Counted from the stretch's first letter, positions 26,620 to 41,202 are shown. The stretch is 64,000 nucleotides of DNA from Epiperipatus broadwayi (GCA_028023455.1 JAQFVV010000007.1:13392001-13456000); one strand, 5' to 3'. The notes: generated from the sequence alone by a model not told the origin. A program made the numbers and translations.

Positions 26620-27115
26620 TTGCTGAACATAATGGATGTATCTAATCATAAAATTAAACTTGGGTGGAAAGTTTTGGTAAAAATAACGTAATATTAAAAA
26701 AAAGTAAGCCAATGTGTTTGAAAAGAAAGGTTTTATATAAACGTTTTATCAGTTTTTACTTATGGTTGTGAGACTTAAATACTTAATAGAAGAGCAATAC
26801 GAGACTTCAGATCACTTAATGAAATATAAAGAGATATATGTTAAAAGTAATAAAGAATGGATCGGTAATGAGATATGTAGATGAGAGAACAAATAGATAT
26901 TATTGACACCATAAATGAATTGAACACTGAAGTGGAGCTGAGATGAATATAATACTAGAAGAGATGATAATAGGGCAACAGTTGAAAATTTAAACTGGAT
27001 TCAAAGAGGTAACAGAGGACCTAGAAAAATATTATATGTTAGCTGGATGAAAAAATAAAAAAGTTTCCTGGTGTAATAATGAGAATAGAAATCAGAAAAA
27101 CTGGATTAAACTTGG
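26620..27115 (+). mobile_element. Older RTE LINE fragment of the same family
   Basis: aaattaaacttgggtgg...tgtgtttgaaaagaaaggtt...ctgaagtggagctgag...taaactggattc aligns with 24740-25150. Confidence 0.8.
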
Positions 27116-27796
27116 AGTGATCGTTTTTCTATAAAACATTGATATTTGTAAAATTATCAATGGCCATGAATAACTCAAAAGAATACTGAATTATTACAAT
27201 ATTATAATAATGGAACATTATTGGATTTTATGATGCTAGAAGAAAAAAATGAAGAATTATTTGATTACAAAAATAGTCTTGAAATTTACTATAAATATTT
27301 ATATGTTGAATAGACAAATGGTTGAAGTGAAAAAAAAAAAAGAAGACACTGCCATAAAATGTTGGTACAGTATAGCATATAACATAGTAATGATTAGTTG
27401 TTCAATTTATCTTATATATAAAATCTCTATTTTCTCTGTTGTCTGATTGGTGAATGTTTATCCATAAGGCTGTCATGTGTCTCATTCATAATGACTGTCA
27501 CATGTCAAATTCACAACCAATTAAAAAAATATTATGTTTAAACAAAAGTAATTCTTCCATTAACAAAAAAAATACTCAGAAAAAAGTCAGTACATATGCA
27601 TTTAACTACTGATCTACATTATTTAAATCATTAAAAAATGTGATTACAGTACATAAATTCTTGTTTGAAATGTAATATTTAGTGAGGGAAAAAATAGATG
27701 CTATAGTACCATATTTAGATTTTGTTTTGGTTAGCATATAATGGAAGCCAAAAGGATGGTCTTTCAGACTGATGTACAATTTTCACATTTATTTAT

Positions 27797-28702
27797 ATAA
27801 TATTAATCTTTTAATATATGAATTTTTTCTACATTACAGGTTTTTTCATACTTGTGTTCCAATATGTAATATATTATGGGTTTGAACCCAGACAATCACA
27901 CAACCCTCAACTATCCACACTGTCTCATACTGCTAACACACTTGATCATATACATGTCAAAAAGATAAACAATCACCAATATACATATTTCATGCTAAAT
28001 CAGCACTAGTCAGTTGGTCCAGATTATCATCTCCACAAAATATATACAATCAATGCTGAACTTATATTAACATAACCAATCTTCATATTTTAATGGACAG
28101 GCTTCAATCCACTTTACCCCACAACTCTTCAGCCATCCATTTCATTGAAAATCTGATGATGGAATGCTCAAAGTCCACAGTGTCAACCTTCTCATCCTAC
28201 CCATGTTGACCATAAGTCATTCTGACCCCTCATGTACAGGACTTAATCTATTTACATACATATATGAGAGATGGGCAGATCTTATAGCACTATATTTAAT
28301 ATATAATTTTTTTTCTACAGTATAGGCTTTTTCATACCTGCACTCCAATTTGTAATATATAGAAAGTTTGAACTCAGACAATCACATGACCCTCAACTAT
28401 CCACACTATCTCATACTGATGACACACTTGATCATATACATGTTGAAAATATAAACAATCACCAATATATGCATTTGGTGCTAAGCCAACACTTGTCAGT
28501 TGGTCCAGATTATCATATCCATATATATAATAAATGCTCAACTTACACTAAGATGGCTGATCTTCATACTTTAATGGACAGGCTTCAATACATTCAACCC
28601 CACAACTCTTCCGCCATCCATTTAATTGAAAATCAGATGATTGAATGCTCAAAGACCACATTGTTGCCAACCTTCTCATCCTATCCATGTAACCATAAGT
28701 CA
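27797..28702 (+). repeat. Two diverged tandem copies (~27797-28220, ~28292-28702) of an unclassified ~420-bp repeat
   Basis: Shared blocks ttttcatac, cagacaatcaca..accctcaactatccacact.tctcatactg, tcagttggtccagattatcat, taatggacaggcttcaat, ccttctcatcct. Confidence 0.85.
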
Positions 28703-30488
28703 CATTAAATATTAAAAATATTTGATAAAACAACCAATTAAAAAAAAAAAACACATTCTAATTAGGCCAGGTACATCTTGTTAGAAAATAAACAGCAACT
28801 TTGGTTTTAATATAGTGTATCTTCTATCCACTAGGTAAAACAGTGTACTAATTATATAAAAATAATAAAAAAAAAACTAATCAATACAAATAAAAATGGC
28901 TACATTTATTATTTAAAAATTATAGCTATTTTAGTAAAATGAAAAATTAAAATTAATGTTGTTTAACAGAATTCATTTGATTGCTTAATATAATAAAATC
29001 AATTTCCTTTTTATTATTGTTGGTATTAGTTCCAATAGGTTTTATAAAATTGATCTTATAAAGTAGATCAAGGATAATGATTATTTGCAAGAGATGAAAA
29101 AAAATTTCAATTGTTAGAGTATAAATGACATGTGATAACACTAGACCTGAAAGGAAATGAGGCATAAAATTTCTACTATCAGAACTAAATTCTAATTGGA
29201 AGATATTGAGATAGATATCTGTTTAATTAAAAGAATTATATGAAATCAAGGCATTTGCAATTTAAACTGCTCCTACAAATCAGTTGTAGACATTGCATGT
29301 TAAGATGTAAAATATACTATCATATTTTACATCATAACCTATGATTTAGACATCTTAGTACCTTAAAACAGAAGTGGTAAAAAATTAAATAATGTCAGTA
29401 TAAAATGTGTTGATTCAGAAATGATGCTGCAAGCAACTTAGAAAAAGGATAACCTTTTCATAGAGACATACTAATGCATGTATTTAATCATGCTAATGAT
29501 AATTTCATAATTTCAGTGTATTTTTTAATGTTGATGACCTAATCAAAGGCAATCATTATATTCAAAATAACAGGAAAATAATAACAGTGTGAAATTGCAC
29601 ACTAAATGTTGCATGTTGTAACATGTCCTATGTGAACATTGCTATACTTTCTATTCATCAATAAGCTTATATTATTAACAAATCAGCCCTATTTAATTTT
29701 TCATCTCCTGTCATTATATTTAGTGCAGGCCATTCCATATGAAGTCAAATTTACTAAAATTTGAAACTGGAGTAATAATCCTAAAAACAATTTTTCTTAT
29801 ATTTAGAATTTCCCTTTTACCATATATATTTTACCAGTGAATAAGAAATCTGAAAAAGACAAATGATCCCCAAGATGCATTACATTCTGAACAGCGCCCT
29901 TTAATTGGCACCGTTACAATAATTTGAATTAATTTCATATAGATAAATCCTCAACTAAGATAATAAACATGTGCAGCTTGGGTTAATTGGAAAACATTAG
30001 TTCCATTTCAAATGTATCTTGAGAGACATTTTCTTTTTTAGATGTCTTTATGTGTATCATTAGAACATATGGAAAAATAAGAGTTATAAGTATATTATAG
30101 CACATGGAAAAAAGAGGAATGAAGTTGTATTAGTTATTATGCATGTTTGATTTAATGATAAATATTCATCTTCAATTAAATTTTTAAGTTTATATCTGAA
30201 CTACAAATAATATGATAATTTCTAGCTTAAAAATAATTAATAATAATCATTAAGATATTTGTCTGGAGTGATTAATACAGTAGTTGTAAATGTTAGAAGT
30301 TTGGCACCTTTATATTGAATTTTAATACCTTTTAAAATGATTTTTTTTTATTGTAATGATTACATTTTTTTAGCTCTGTTATTTTTTCTATTGCCAGGCT
30401 ATCATAATAACATGATGATAAAACACAATGATTGAACCGTATATGTATTCTACAGTAAAAGAAAATATGAGAAAAAAATTTTTAAATG

Positions 30489-30890
30489 TCATCATTATTA
30501 TCATTTTCGGCAATTATCTACGCACTGCAGAATAGAAGTCTCTCTATGTTTGACCAACTGATTTCTAGATTTTCTTCTCCACAAACAAAAGTATTTTCTT
30601 ATTTCATCCATGCATTTCACACGTCTTTTTATTAGTTTTTTACGATCTTTTGGGATCCAGGTTAATTAAAACTTCAATTGTATATTTTTTATCACCTGAT
30701 CTTCTAGCAAGATATCAGCTGATTTTCTTTTCAGTCACTATTCTTCCATGTGGTCAGTGATATCTATTTATTCTCTCGCCCATGTATTTTGTTTTTTATT
30801 TCGATTTCTTTTTGTTACTCCTAACATATATCCATATTTGATTAAGTGGTCTGAAGTATCCGTGTTGCTTTTCTGTTAAATATATCTATA
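30489..30890 (-). mobile_element. RTE LINE 3' fragment
   Basis: Reverse complement of the family 3' end (atcatc..cactgcag..atttcatcca..ggatccag..gtggtctgaagt). Confidence 0.75.
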
Positions 30891-32089
30891 CATTGCAAGA
30901 AATTCTAAACTGACAATATCCAGTTTGTTTAATTATCTGAAAATGTATAATATTCTAACTTTGCATTTTGCAGACTACAAAAATTATAACTAAATCTTTT
31001 TAGGCCACAAATTAAATAATTAAAACAATATACACGGATGTATAACAATTAATCTTTTTTTTTTAATCTTAAACCGCTTTAAAAACTTCTATTTAAGACG
31101 ATAACACAGGATGTAATTAATATTCTGAATTCGGAAATATCTTTTTTAGTTTTATTGTAATATAAATGTTTATTTTTATATAAACATTAAAGTGACATTC
31201 TTAAATATATATAGATTTTTTTTTTTTTACATTAAGTGAAATTTGATTCTGTCTACTTTCTTCTAAAAGTGTGATTAATATTCGTCTCATACCACGAGGC
31301 CAAAGATTTAGAAACATTTTAGACCCTTTTTTAAATTAATTGGAGGATTAAAAGCTTTATTTCTTGCATTGTTTATTATTACTTTTTGAAGATTTAAAAA
31401 TAAAAAATTATAATTAACTTCATTTGAATTTAAATGTTCTGAATTCATAATTTATCAAGATTGTTAAGAGACGCACTATATTTTAAGATTTTTTTTTTTT
31501 TCAACAATATAATTTTTTTTTCCCCCTACATATAATTGAAGAATGTTTTGATACAATGAGCGCATTAATTAATAAACATATATACATTATTAGAGATAAA
31601 TTACGAATAAAGTTTTAAAAAAAGATTATATATAAAAAATAGTTTATTTAAAGGAGAGAAAAACGCAACAATAATGTAAAAGACATTTATGTATATACAT
31701 ATTATGGTGATAGGAAATTACTCTTCACCCATGCGCTGTCGAATTGACATCAATTCCTCTCGGCAATTCCATAGCGCATGCGGGAAAAATATTTTCCTTT
31801 CACAATATTACTTATATATATATGTGTGTGTGTTGCTATATCATTAATTACTATATATATATAAAGTAGTCAATTCTTTCTTCTCACTTTGGTTATGCCA
31901 CCTAGTGTGAGCTTTATTAATTAATAAATACTAGGTAGTAGTGCTTAGTGAATCCATATCCAGTTTTGTCCTATCTGATCCCTATTGATTGCTAAAGCTT
32001 CATGGCATAACCATGGCAAAAGAAATACTTTTTTATTAAACAATGTTATGGGTAAGCTGAAGTTATGTGATAATCTTAATGGTCATATA

Positions 32090-32320
32090 AGTAAAGCTTT
32101 CAAAATGTTGGCACTTACAATGTGGTCTGCAGATTGCATGTTTTTGCCTAAATTTCTTAGTAATAATCGAATGTTTTATTATTTTGGGACATAAAAAGTT
32201 GGAGCAATGAAAATGAGAGAGCAGAGATACAATCTGAGGACTTAATGTCCAAAATCTGCCACTCTACCATTCCATCTAACAACATGAGATAAAATCATAA
32301 TTGAATGATTTATTGCTCAA
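32090..32320 (+). pseudogene. Possible highly degraded LINE RT remnant
   Basis: Ordered weak motifs ISKAF, FLSNNR, NDL resembling DxSKAFD / FLxxR / YxNDL. Confidence 0.25.
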
Positions 32321-32799
32321 GAAATTTCAGGAACATTGGACATCAGATGTAGTTGAGCTGGAAATGTGATCCATGGATAGAACTGTGATACAATGTGTCA
32401 TTTCACCATTGCAATTAACCTCACAGAGTCCTAAATTTCTTTAAAAGGATCTATTATGCTGTGTATGTTAGGTTCTCCCAAAAGCAGTTAGAGATTAGTC
32501 AATCTCTCTACTACTACAGAGCTAAAAACTATTGCTTATCATCAATGTTACCTTGCCATTTTTGCCACATCCTTCCCAAATCTATTCTAATACTTTTATG
32601 TTTTAAGATAAATGATAAATCTAGTTAAGCTCTGTACATTATTATTATATCCTATGCAGTTTAGTGCAACATTAGAGTGCTAGGTTCAAGCCAAGTTTCC
32701 TAGATCAAAAGTCAATTTATCATTTTTAGTTCTTCAGTATTGTATGATCTTATAAAATATTTAATTATTTCTATTTAAATGCATATTATAGGTGATTAA

Positions 32800-33066
32800 A
32801 ATTATTAAATAATAATAAAATCTCAGCATTGATTGTATATATGTATGGAGATGATAATATGTACCAACTGATGAATACTGGTTTAGCATGAAACACATAT
32901 ATTGATTTTTTATCTTTTCAACATGTGTGTTATCAAGTTTCTTAGCAGTATGAGATAGTATGAGGGTCATATGAAATTCTGAGTTTAAACATCCTATATT
33001 TACATATTGGAGTGTAGGTATGAAAAAGCCTGTACTTTAGAGGAAAAAAATCATATATTAAATAAA
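32800..33066 (-). repeat. Third, inverted, partial copy of the 27.8-28.7 kb repeat
   Basis: Reverse complement reads aggctttttcatacct.cactccaat...tatctcatactgct...catgttgaaaagataa...tcagttggt...attatcatctcca. Confidence 0.8.
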
Positions 33067-33088
33067 AATAGTAAATGAATAAAGATTA

Positions 33089-33184
33089 GTCAAGCATTGG
33101 TGGCTGAGTGCTTAGCATAGCTGCCTTACAAGCAGTTGTCCCAGGATTCGCTTCCTGGCCAATGCTTTGATACATAAAAAAAAA
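33089..33184 (+). mobile_element. tRNA-Gly(TCC)-derived short SINE-like copy
   Basis: gcattggtggctgagtgcttagcatagctgccttacaagcagttgtcccaggattcgcttcctggccaatgc matches metazoan tRNA-Gly(TCC); followed by tttgatacat and an A-tail. Confidence 0.85.
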
Positions 33185-33876
33185 GATAGGACATGTATTT
33201 ATTAAAATAAATAATCCAAACCTTAAGTATTTTATAAAAAAAATAACTCAATCTTTCAAAATAAAAAAAAACATTTTTAACAACAAGCTTTGAACAAATA
33301 AATAAACTTTCAGTAGAATTTCTGAAGAGTGATATTAATCAATAAAGATAAGACAAAATTAGATAAATGTTATAACCATAAGTTAGTTTGCAACATTCCA
33401 TCTGTATTTGTTCCTAACAGAACTTAATATTTTTTTTAAAAAATGTTAGGTCGACAGTATGTTTATTTTCAATTATTGTTGCAAAACATGGACCCCAAAG
33501 TCTAAATTGAAATACAAATGAACATTAAAACATTTATAAGAAATATCAAAATAATCAAAAGATATCAAACTCTTGATTGCATTATAAGAATTCAAAAATG
33601 TAAACAGTGATAGTCTGGACACATGATAAAACAAAAAATAGAAGCAGAAGATAAATAGCATACTCAAGACAAGGGCAATCTCAAGATTAATGAAAAAATG
33701 CTAATAAAAAAATCTATACAAGATTTACAACATAAAATGGGAGGAAAAATTGTTTTCTCTATCACAAAAAAAATAAAACTTACTGTACAAGACTTTGCTG
33801 GTCTGACATACTCATAAATACTATTTATTAGTAAAGACACTATATATTAAAATAATCAAGAATAAGGTAATCAACA

Positions 33877-34440
33877 ATCATCATCATCAATCATTATCAA
33901 TCCACTGCAGGATGAAGGTCTCTCCAAGTTCAATACATCTTCTTCAATCTTTAGCTTCTTTTCTCCACATCACCTCTGCACATTTTCTTATTTCATCCAT
34001 CCATCTCACATGTGGTCTCTTTCTGGATCTTTTACAATTCTTGGAATCCCATTTATGATTTCAATTGTCCATCTATTATCTTTTCTAGAAATAGGTCGAG
34101 ACCAACTTCATTTCAGTTTTTTAATTTTTTCAATGAGGTCAGTAACACCTGTTTGTTCTCTTACCCATCTTTTGTGCTTTCGATCTCTTCTTGTTACTCT
34201 TAACATGCATCTCTCCATACTTTTTTGAGTGGTCTGAAGTCTCTGTATTTTTTTTCTATTAAGTGTCCAAGTCTCAGATCATAATTAAGAACTGGTAAAA
34301 CACATTAATTAAAAACCTTCCTTTTCAAACACATAGGCATATTTCCTTTTAGTGTCATGTTATTTCTACCAAAAACACTCCAACCAAGTTTAATTCTATG
34401 ATTAATTTCATCCATTATGATTCCACCTGTATTAACAATA
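33877..34440 (-). mobile_element. RTE LINE 3' fragment
   Basis: atcatcatcatcaatcattatcaatccactgcaggatgaagg... to ...ccaaccaagtttaattctatg. Confidence 0.88.
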
Positions 34441-34466
34441 TTCACACAAAAATACTCAAGACATAA

Positions 34467-34955
34467 AAATAATATATGTTTGAAAACATGAAAATAATAT
34501 AATTTACTTAGAAAGCAAATCTGAAAATAATATTTTTAGTGAACAAATGATGTTTGAAAAACAAATGTTTTTAATAAGAGATATGAATGAAGACAAACAT
34601 TTGACAAAACCTTTATTAGTATTCACACAAATTGAGATTCGGAGGCAAAGAAAAAATGTCAAAATAATATAATATGTTTGAAAACAAAAAAAAAATAATA
34701 TATAATTTATTTAGAAAACAAACCTGAAAGTAATATCATTAGTAAATAAGCAGTGGTTACAAATCAAATATTGTCAATAAACTTGATGAATGAAAATGTT
34801 CTAAAAGAAATTAAATTGCCAATGATAGCAAATGCTAATTTAATATTTCCCAAAAATACTCACATTGATGTCACAATGAAAATATTTGTTTTTCAAACAT
34901 TGTTTGTTTAATAAAAATAGTACTTTCAGATTGCTTTCTAAATAAATTTGAATAC
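34467..34955. repeat. Two diverged direct copies (~195-bp spacing) plus one inverted partial copy of an A-rich unit
   Basis: aataatata..tgtttgaaaaca..aataatata.aattta.ttagaaa.caaa.ctgaaa.taatat at ~34467 and ~34662; reverse complement at ~34885-34950. Confidence 0.6.
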
Positions 34956-36876
34956 TTGCATGAGTTGTTGTTTTTTTTTACAAAGCAAAATGAAACTTAT
35001 TGATTAGCTTATTGTTGTTCACTTTAAAATGTGATTGGTGGTGCTACAAATGGGTCATACATACATACAAGTAGAGTTGCACATACATACAATAGAATTA
35101 CTTTGTTCTTTTTGGGGGGTTCTAGGGATGAAATACATTATTAAATAAAAACTTTTAATCCATATTATACATTAATAATGTAAACTTTACTAATCTCTTT
35201 ATATATTAAAAACAGTTATACAACACTATATATATTTTTCTTCAAGATATGTTCCATATATTTAAATAAAAGTAAAACATTTTGATTACTCTTTTACAGA
35301 AGTTTCCACTATCCAGATAAAGTGAAGAAGAAAACAATGTTAGCCCTGCTAATCAACTCTAATTGGATGATGAAGAATTTTTATTAAGTTTTTTTTTGTA
35401 TATATAAAAATGTAATTGAAAAATTCTGATTCAGTGTGAAATTCATCATAGAAGGTTATTTTGTCCTCTTGGTTGTTTTTATTTATAAGTGCCAAAAATG
35501 TGTGATGAAGTGAATATTTTAAAGATGCATAAAACTTAAAGCTAACAAATATACAATCTTGTTTAATATCAGTTTTATCTCGAGTGATTTAGATTAACTA
35601 ACAGCATCTATAACATTGCATTTTATACTATCATTTACAAACTATTAATATGAATAAAATTTTAGAATAGCCAGATACTTAAAAATTGGCATACTTTTTT
35701 TTAGTTGTATAAAATGTCTCTTATAATCAATAAAAGCAATATATTAATAACAATTTTATTCGTAATCCTTTATTGATAGCAACAAAAAATTAATTAAAAT
35801 TACAATGAATATAATAATAACTGATCTATGATTGGAGAAAATCTATTTCATAAAGTTTTTAAATTTATGCAATGATGTACTCTGGAGACATCCATAATTA
35901 TTATCACATTATAAAGCTAATAATTTATCACATGACCTTAGTTTGCTAATACTGTTCAATATCAAATTATATTTCCTTTGCCACAGTGATGTCAGGTAAT
36001 GTAACCATAGTTTGGTAGATGGTGATGCTTAACAATTTCTATTTAGGATTGTCCTATTGAATATTGTCAGGAAAATTTATAAACTTATTATTTGCATCAT
36101 TGAAAAAATTTGGATTTGGAAGGAGTGCATCTGGACCTCCTGCATTTAATGCACTTTTCCTCTAGCATCTAAGTTTTATTATTTTTCATTTACTCTCAAG
36201 CTTAGCCACTCAAATTGAAAAAAATGCATGTTGTTTTCAGACTAAACCAATTTGCCTCTGTAGTCATATAGATCTGAAACTACTTTATTATCTGCGTACT
36301 ACAATTCATTTTAATTTAGTAACTTCTATCTTTTGATCAGAATTGACCTAATACCAATAAGCTTTACATGATCCTAACTTCTGTAATGTGTTTAGGTTCA
36401 AGTAATTTTTTTTTATCGTGACCATGCACCATCATAAACTAAGCTGCACAGTTATGGTGAGAGGAAAAGAGTTTGATACTGTATTCTTTTCCATCGTCAA
36501 CTTTTGCAAAATAAATATTCTTAAGAGCAGTTTATACATCTTTTAAATATAAATTGTTCTAAAAAAATTATCATTACATTAAAGAAATATTACTGTTTAA
36601 TTTAGAATTGTGAAAATATAATCACATGATTGTATTTACATATCATATATTTTCAACTTTCTTATGCAGTGAACAATACTACTTTTTGTACCAAAACTTT
36701 GCTCTTACAGTTCCAACTGTCCTGCAGTCATCATCAGCACTACAATCTCCAAATATAAAATCATATAATACATTTTGTACACATATTTATTTACATAATT
36801 TAAATATTGTATCTGATGCAGAACAGTTGAAACTGCAAGAATAAAGTTTTGGTGTAAAAAATAGTTTTATTAAGTG

Positions 36877-36988
36877 TATAAGAAGTTTGGAAATGATGTG
36901 ATATGCAATTATAGAAATCAATACATAAGTAATATAAGAAGTTTGGAAATGATGTGATATGCAATTATAGAAATCAATACATAAGTAA
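36877..36988 (+). repeat. Perfect 56-bp tandem duplication
   Basis: tataagaagtttggaaatgatgtgatatgcaattatagaaatcaatacataagtaa x2. Confidence 0.97.
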
Positions 36989-37900
36989 AGGAGGAAGAAG
37001 AATGAAATTGTATGATTGTATTTACATATAAGTAATGAAATGGGAAAATATTAAATTGTCAAGTCAAGGATCTAGATTCAGATGTTTGATGCTTTTATCT
37101 CACTTGATGAGCAAAGATTGTTTGTGAAATGCATAAATATTGAAAGAGAGAGATCTGAGTTTTGTAATGGTTGATGGGTGAGATATTGGTGGAATGGAGA
37201 TAAGGATACATTGATAAAAACTTGAAAAGAAGCTTGAATATAACCTTATTTTTACAGTTAGAAAGTGAAACTATGATTTATTTCATGGCAAAAAGTACGG
37301 TTACGAAAGTGAAAAAATAAACAAAACTGTGAGGAAGATGCCAAAGACTGTTTGTATCAAAAATAGTACTTAGTCTTCCATTAATTAATATCAACTTCAA
37401 AAATAGCAATTGATACTTTTAGTCTGGTATTATATAATGATTACTGAAATTGAATATTTAATCATTTTTGGTTGATAAACACATCCAAGCGTCATTTTCA
37501 TACAGTGTGAATCCTGTTGGTAACCTGAATTTAGCACTTGATAATTATAACATATGCTGACACAGCAGCATTTATAAACCTTCAATAAATACTTTGCATG
37601 ACTTTGATTTTAATTCTTTAGCTCCTCATTTAAGATTTCTTAAAAAAATATATGTCCATTATAAGACTGTACATTTAATTTTCTTCTGCTTCTGATTGTT
37701 CTGTATGTAATGTTATGAATGTTTGTTTTGTTGCTGGAAAGTCATGTTTTATGGCTAATAAATATTTTAGATACAACTAAAATAATGTCAAAAAATCTAG
37801 TTATAAGAGTTTTTTTTATTTTCACCATACCTATGTCATCTACAGTAAACTTAAGTAACTAATAGATGCCAGATAGTAGTGCTTAGTAATTTCCTACTAT

Positions 37901-38816
37901 CCAATATTCTTAGACTACTTTAGAGCTTGTGAATTTTATTTTTGGCATCCATTAGTTACTAAAGCTTACACAAGGTGACATAGAGATTATGAAAGCAATA
38001 TGTATGCTGCTGAAACAGTAATGTGTAAACTGGAGTCATGTAATACAGTCATGTTATGTTTATTAGTTTATATTAAATCCTGGCCAGAGGATAGAATTTT
38101 TTTAGATAATAAAAAAACTAAGGACATCATAATAATAGAAAATGAACTGGTTTCAAATTTATATGATTATATAAGCAAGTTGGCTAAGATTGGTAACAGC
38201 TATGTGTTGTTTTTTCAGTTTGGGATCAAAGCATGATAGTGTTACAGGAAGGTAAATTATGACTTCTGAAAGGTAAATACATTAGATCTTGAAGGATCTA
38301 GGTGCACTGTACCAATATTCAAATCTCATAACTAATGTATGCCATGTGCTTAAAACTAGTTTGAGGATATCGGAGATGATAGCACAGAATATGGAATTAT
38401 TAAACACTATCACCTGGTGCCTGATAGTTATTAAAGCTTGCAGAAGGTGGCATAGAAGTTCAAAAAAAATGTAAGCTGCTAAAACAAGAACATATAAGCT
38501 GGAATCATGTGACATGGTATTTTATTGAGGTTATAATAGTTTCTGATTGTCATTGTTGATATGATTATAATGTGCAGTTGATGTTTATAATAATCAACAG
38601 GATAGAATAATAATAGTAAACTCTCCATACAGAAGCACTACCCAGTGCAAGCCTCAAACAATGTATGGATTCAAGAAGGTTTGCACATAAAATCCATATC
38701 TATGGCTTAATCATCCAATATTCCCAGACTAGTTTCTAGCTTGTGAATTTTATCAGTGAGAAAGCTTAGATATGAGAGCACTCCATATAGATCTTACAAT
38801 CTAATGCAATCTTCCA
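37901..38816. mobile_element. Rearranged pieces of the hammerhead-bearing repeat family seen at 44165-44650
   Basis: 37901-37938 (minus) joined to 37941-37990 (plus); 38281-38310 (plus); 38617-38816 (minus) with cagactagtttctagcttgtg...atcagtgag. Confidence 0.7.
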
Positions 38817-38859
38817 ATTACCTATTTACTTAATTAAAAAGCTATGAGCCCAAGATAAA

Positions 38860-39060
38860 AACCCAATAATGTTTTTAATCCAAGATAATTTGCTTGTACA
38901 ATCATAAAAATATGAATCCAGTTTAATATCTGTACATGTTGGTGTCTCTGGAATTTTAAAAATCACAGTCACCATCATCCTATGGGCAGAATTGGTATAA
39001 AATCACTAAAGCATCACATGATATTTAAAACATCACATGATCACATGATGTTTTAGGTTG
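38860..39060 (-). pseudogene. Possible degraded LINE RT N-terminal remnant
   Basis: In-frame PKTSCD...CP*...RDTNMYRY*TGFIFL*LYKQII resembles the KAPGxD...PxxW...DxxNYRPISL...EKII order. Confidence 0.25.
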
Positions 39061-40953
39061 GAATAATGCTATCACTTTTCCAAATAAATGTTTCACTTCT
39101 AATGGTGTTTAGTATTTTTCATCAATTGCCTTCAGCTCTGGATATGTGCATGATTGGATTATTTCTGTAAATAGTAGAAACATTCATTATTGTCAATATA
39201 ATTTTAGACTGAAAATATTGTTCTGAAATTGACTCATAAAACTTAACATTCTTTTTAAAATTAACCTCATTTTTATAGCTAGTTCTTCTAATTACTGTCA
39301 AAAATCATATTTATCAGTGTAGCTATTTGGGACTTTTATGCCATTGGCTATTTGTTTAAGTTGTTTATGTTTTATTGGTCAGTCATATTACATTCTGAAT
39401 CCAATGTAAAGATATCTATAGTTTGAAGAAATCATTAATCTTGGCAAGCTCAGACAAGAACATATTTTCTTCTCAAATTTGTAATGTTATTCACATTGTT
39501 TTAAACTTACATCCCAACAAAGCTTTTATAGATATAAAAGCTAATTCTATATTACTTCTACCATTTAAAAGTTTTTAAATATAATTATATGCATGGCCAA
39601 TGCAAGTAGGTGTGCAAGTTGTGTAGGGTACAAAGACTCTGTATCAGTGGGACCACTAAGGCACTAAATACTTATGTAAAAAAATATGTTTGCATTTTTG
39701 AATCATTTTGTTGTTAGGAACACATTTTCATTATAAGTATTTATTATTTAAATATAAAAATCTTTTTTTTTTACTTAGACTTGTTGTGACAATTGCTTGA
39801 TCATTGCAATGTACTTCATATATATTCTACCTTTGCACAAAACTGAATAGGCCAAAGTCTTTTGTCATTCCAATTAATAAAATGTATATGTGAATAAAAA
39901 TGTTGAGATTTTCCAAACATTAATTTATATAAAAGTAACACTTTATGATTAATAATTTATTTAAAAATAAAATTTATTTTAAAAATATTACCTCATAATT
40001 ACAGTAATTTTGCATGTGAGAAAATCAAATTTATCAATTCTATTTTGCAGAACTGTATCAGACAGTTTGGGCTTAGGGTTAGAGCATCTTTCTTTGGAAT
40101 GTCAGATCCTTTGATCGATTTCACTAAGTACCTTGGGAAAAGCTTTTTAATAACAAAGTACTTTTTCCTCTCCCTTTTTTATTAGACTAAATAATCTTTT
40201 TACATATTTTAATAAATAGCTGTTTTTTGAATGCCAAATTGGTAAAACCAAGAGTTCTATGAATAAACAAAATAAAGTGCAAGGCATTCTAATGGCTTCT
40301 AAAAATATGTTAAATAAACAATCTAAGTAAGAAAATTTTAAATTTTTACCTGGATAAATACCTAATTGTCAAACTATATAATAAAATGTATAAAATATAT
40401 AATATAATTTAGTAATTGTTAAAAAATAAAATTAAACAAAAGGTAAATATAATATATTGAACAAAAATAAGTGAAATTATTTTTTTAATACAAAACATAA
40501 AACAAGTTTTCTTTGAATTAAAAATAATGAAAGGATTTTAAACCAAGAATATTTTAACAAGTTGGTGCAAATGGGATGAAAAATAATGAAAAGATTTTTG
40601 AAATAAAAAATGTTTTAAAAAAAGGTGAGAATGGGATGTAAGAGTTTTATCAGTCATGTTATTTAAAATTGACCTTTCACTGGTTCTAATAAAATATTAA
40701 AGTTATGTGATCAATAATCAATGTAAGCATGAAAATTTAAAATATCGGATTATATATATATATATAATAAATTATAGCTATTAACACTGGACAACACCAC
40801 ATAAAAAATAAATAATAGTGTAAATATTTTATCATACAATAAATATTATTTTGATAAGAAAAATCATAAATAAGTTTATGCATGAGAGATTTTCAATGGG
40901 TTTTTAAACAAACAAAAATTAAATTTTAATGAATTACTGACCAGCAAGCGAGC

Positions 40954-41014
40954 ATGGTAGAGCTCAAAAGTGAAGTATTCCAAAGAATCATATTCTGGAT
41001 ATACATACCATTTG
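40954..41014 (+). CDS. Candidate first coding exon MVELKSEVFQRIIFWIYIPF(G), gene unknown
   Basis: ATG in AGCATGG context, 20 open codons, strong donor TTG|GTAAGT at 41015; no homology recognised. Confidence 0.25.
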
Positions 41015-41202
41015 GTAAGTAACTTATATATTATTTAATTACTTATATAATATCATAACTAGCCTGAGAAGGTGAGGGGAGCAATGGAAAATTGTCATTT
41101 GCTCACATTTCCTATCTGTACTAGAATTTTCACAAGAATGTCCAAAAACTAATGACAACTTTTGAAAAAAAAAAAAAAAAATTTACTAAATAAATATTTA
41201 AA

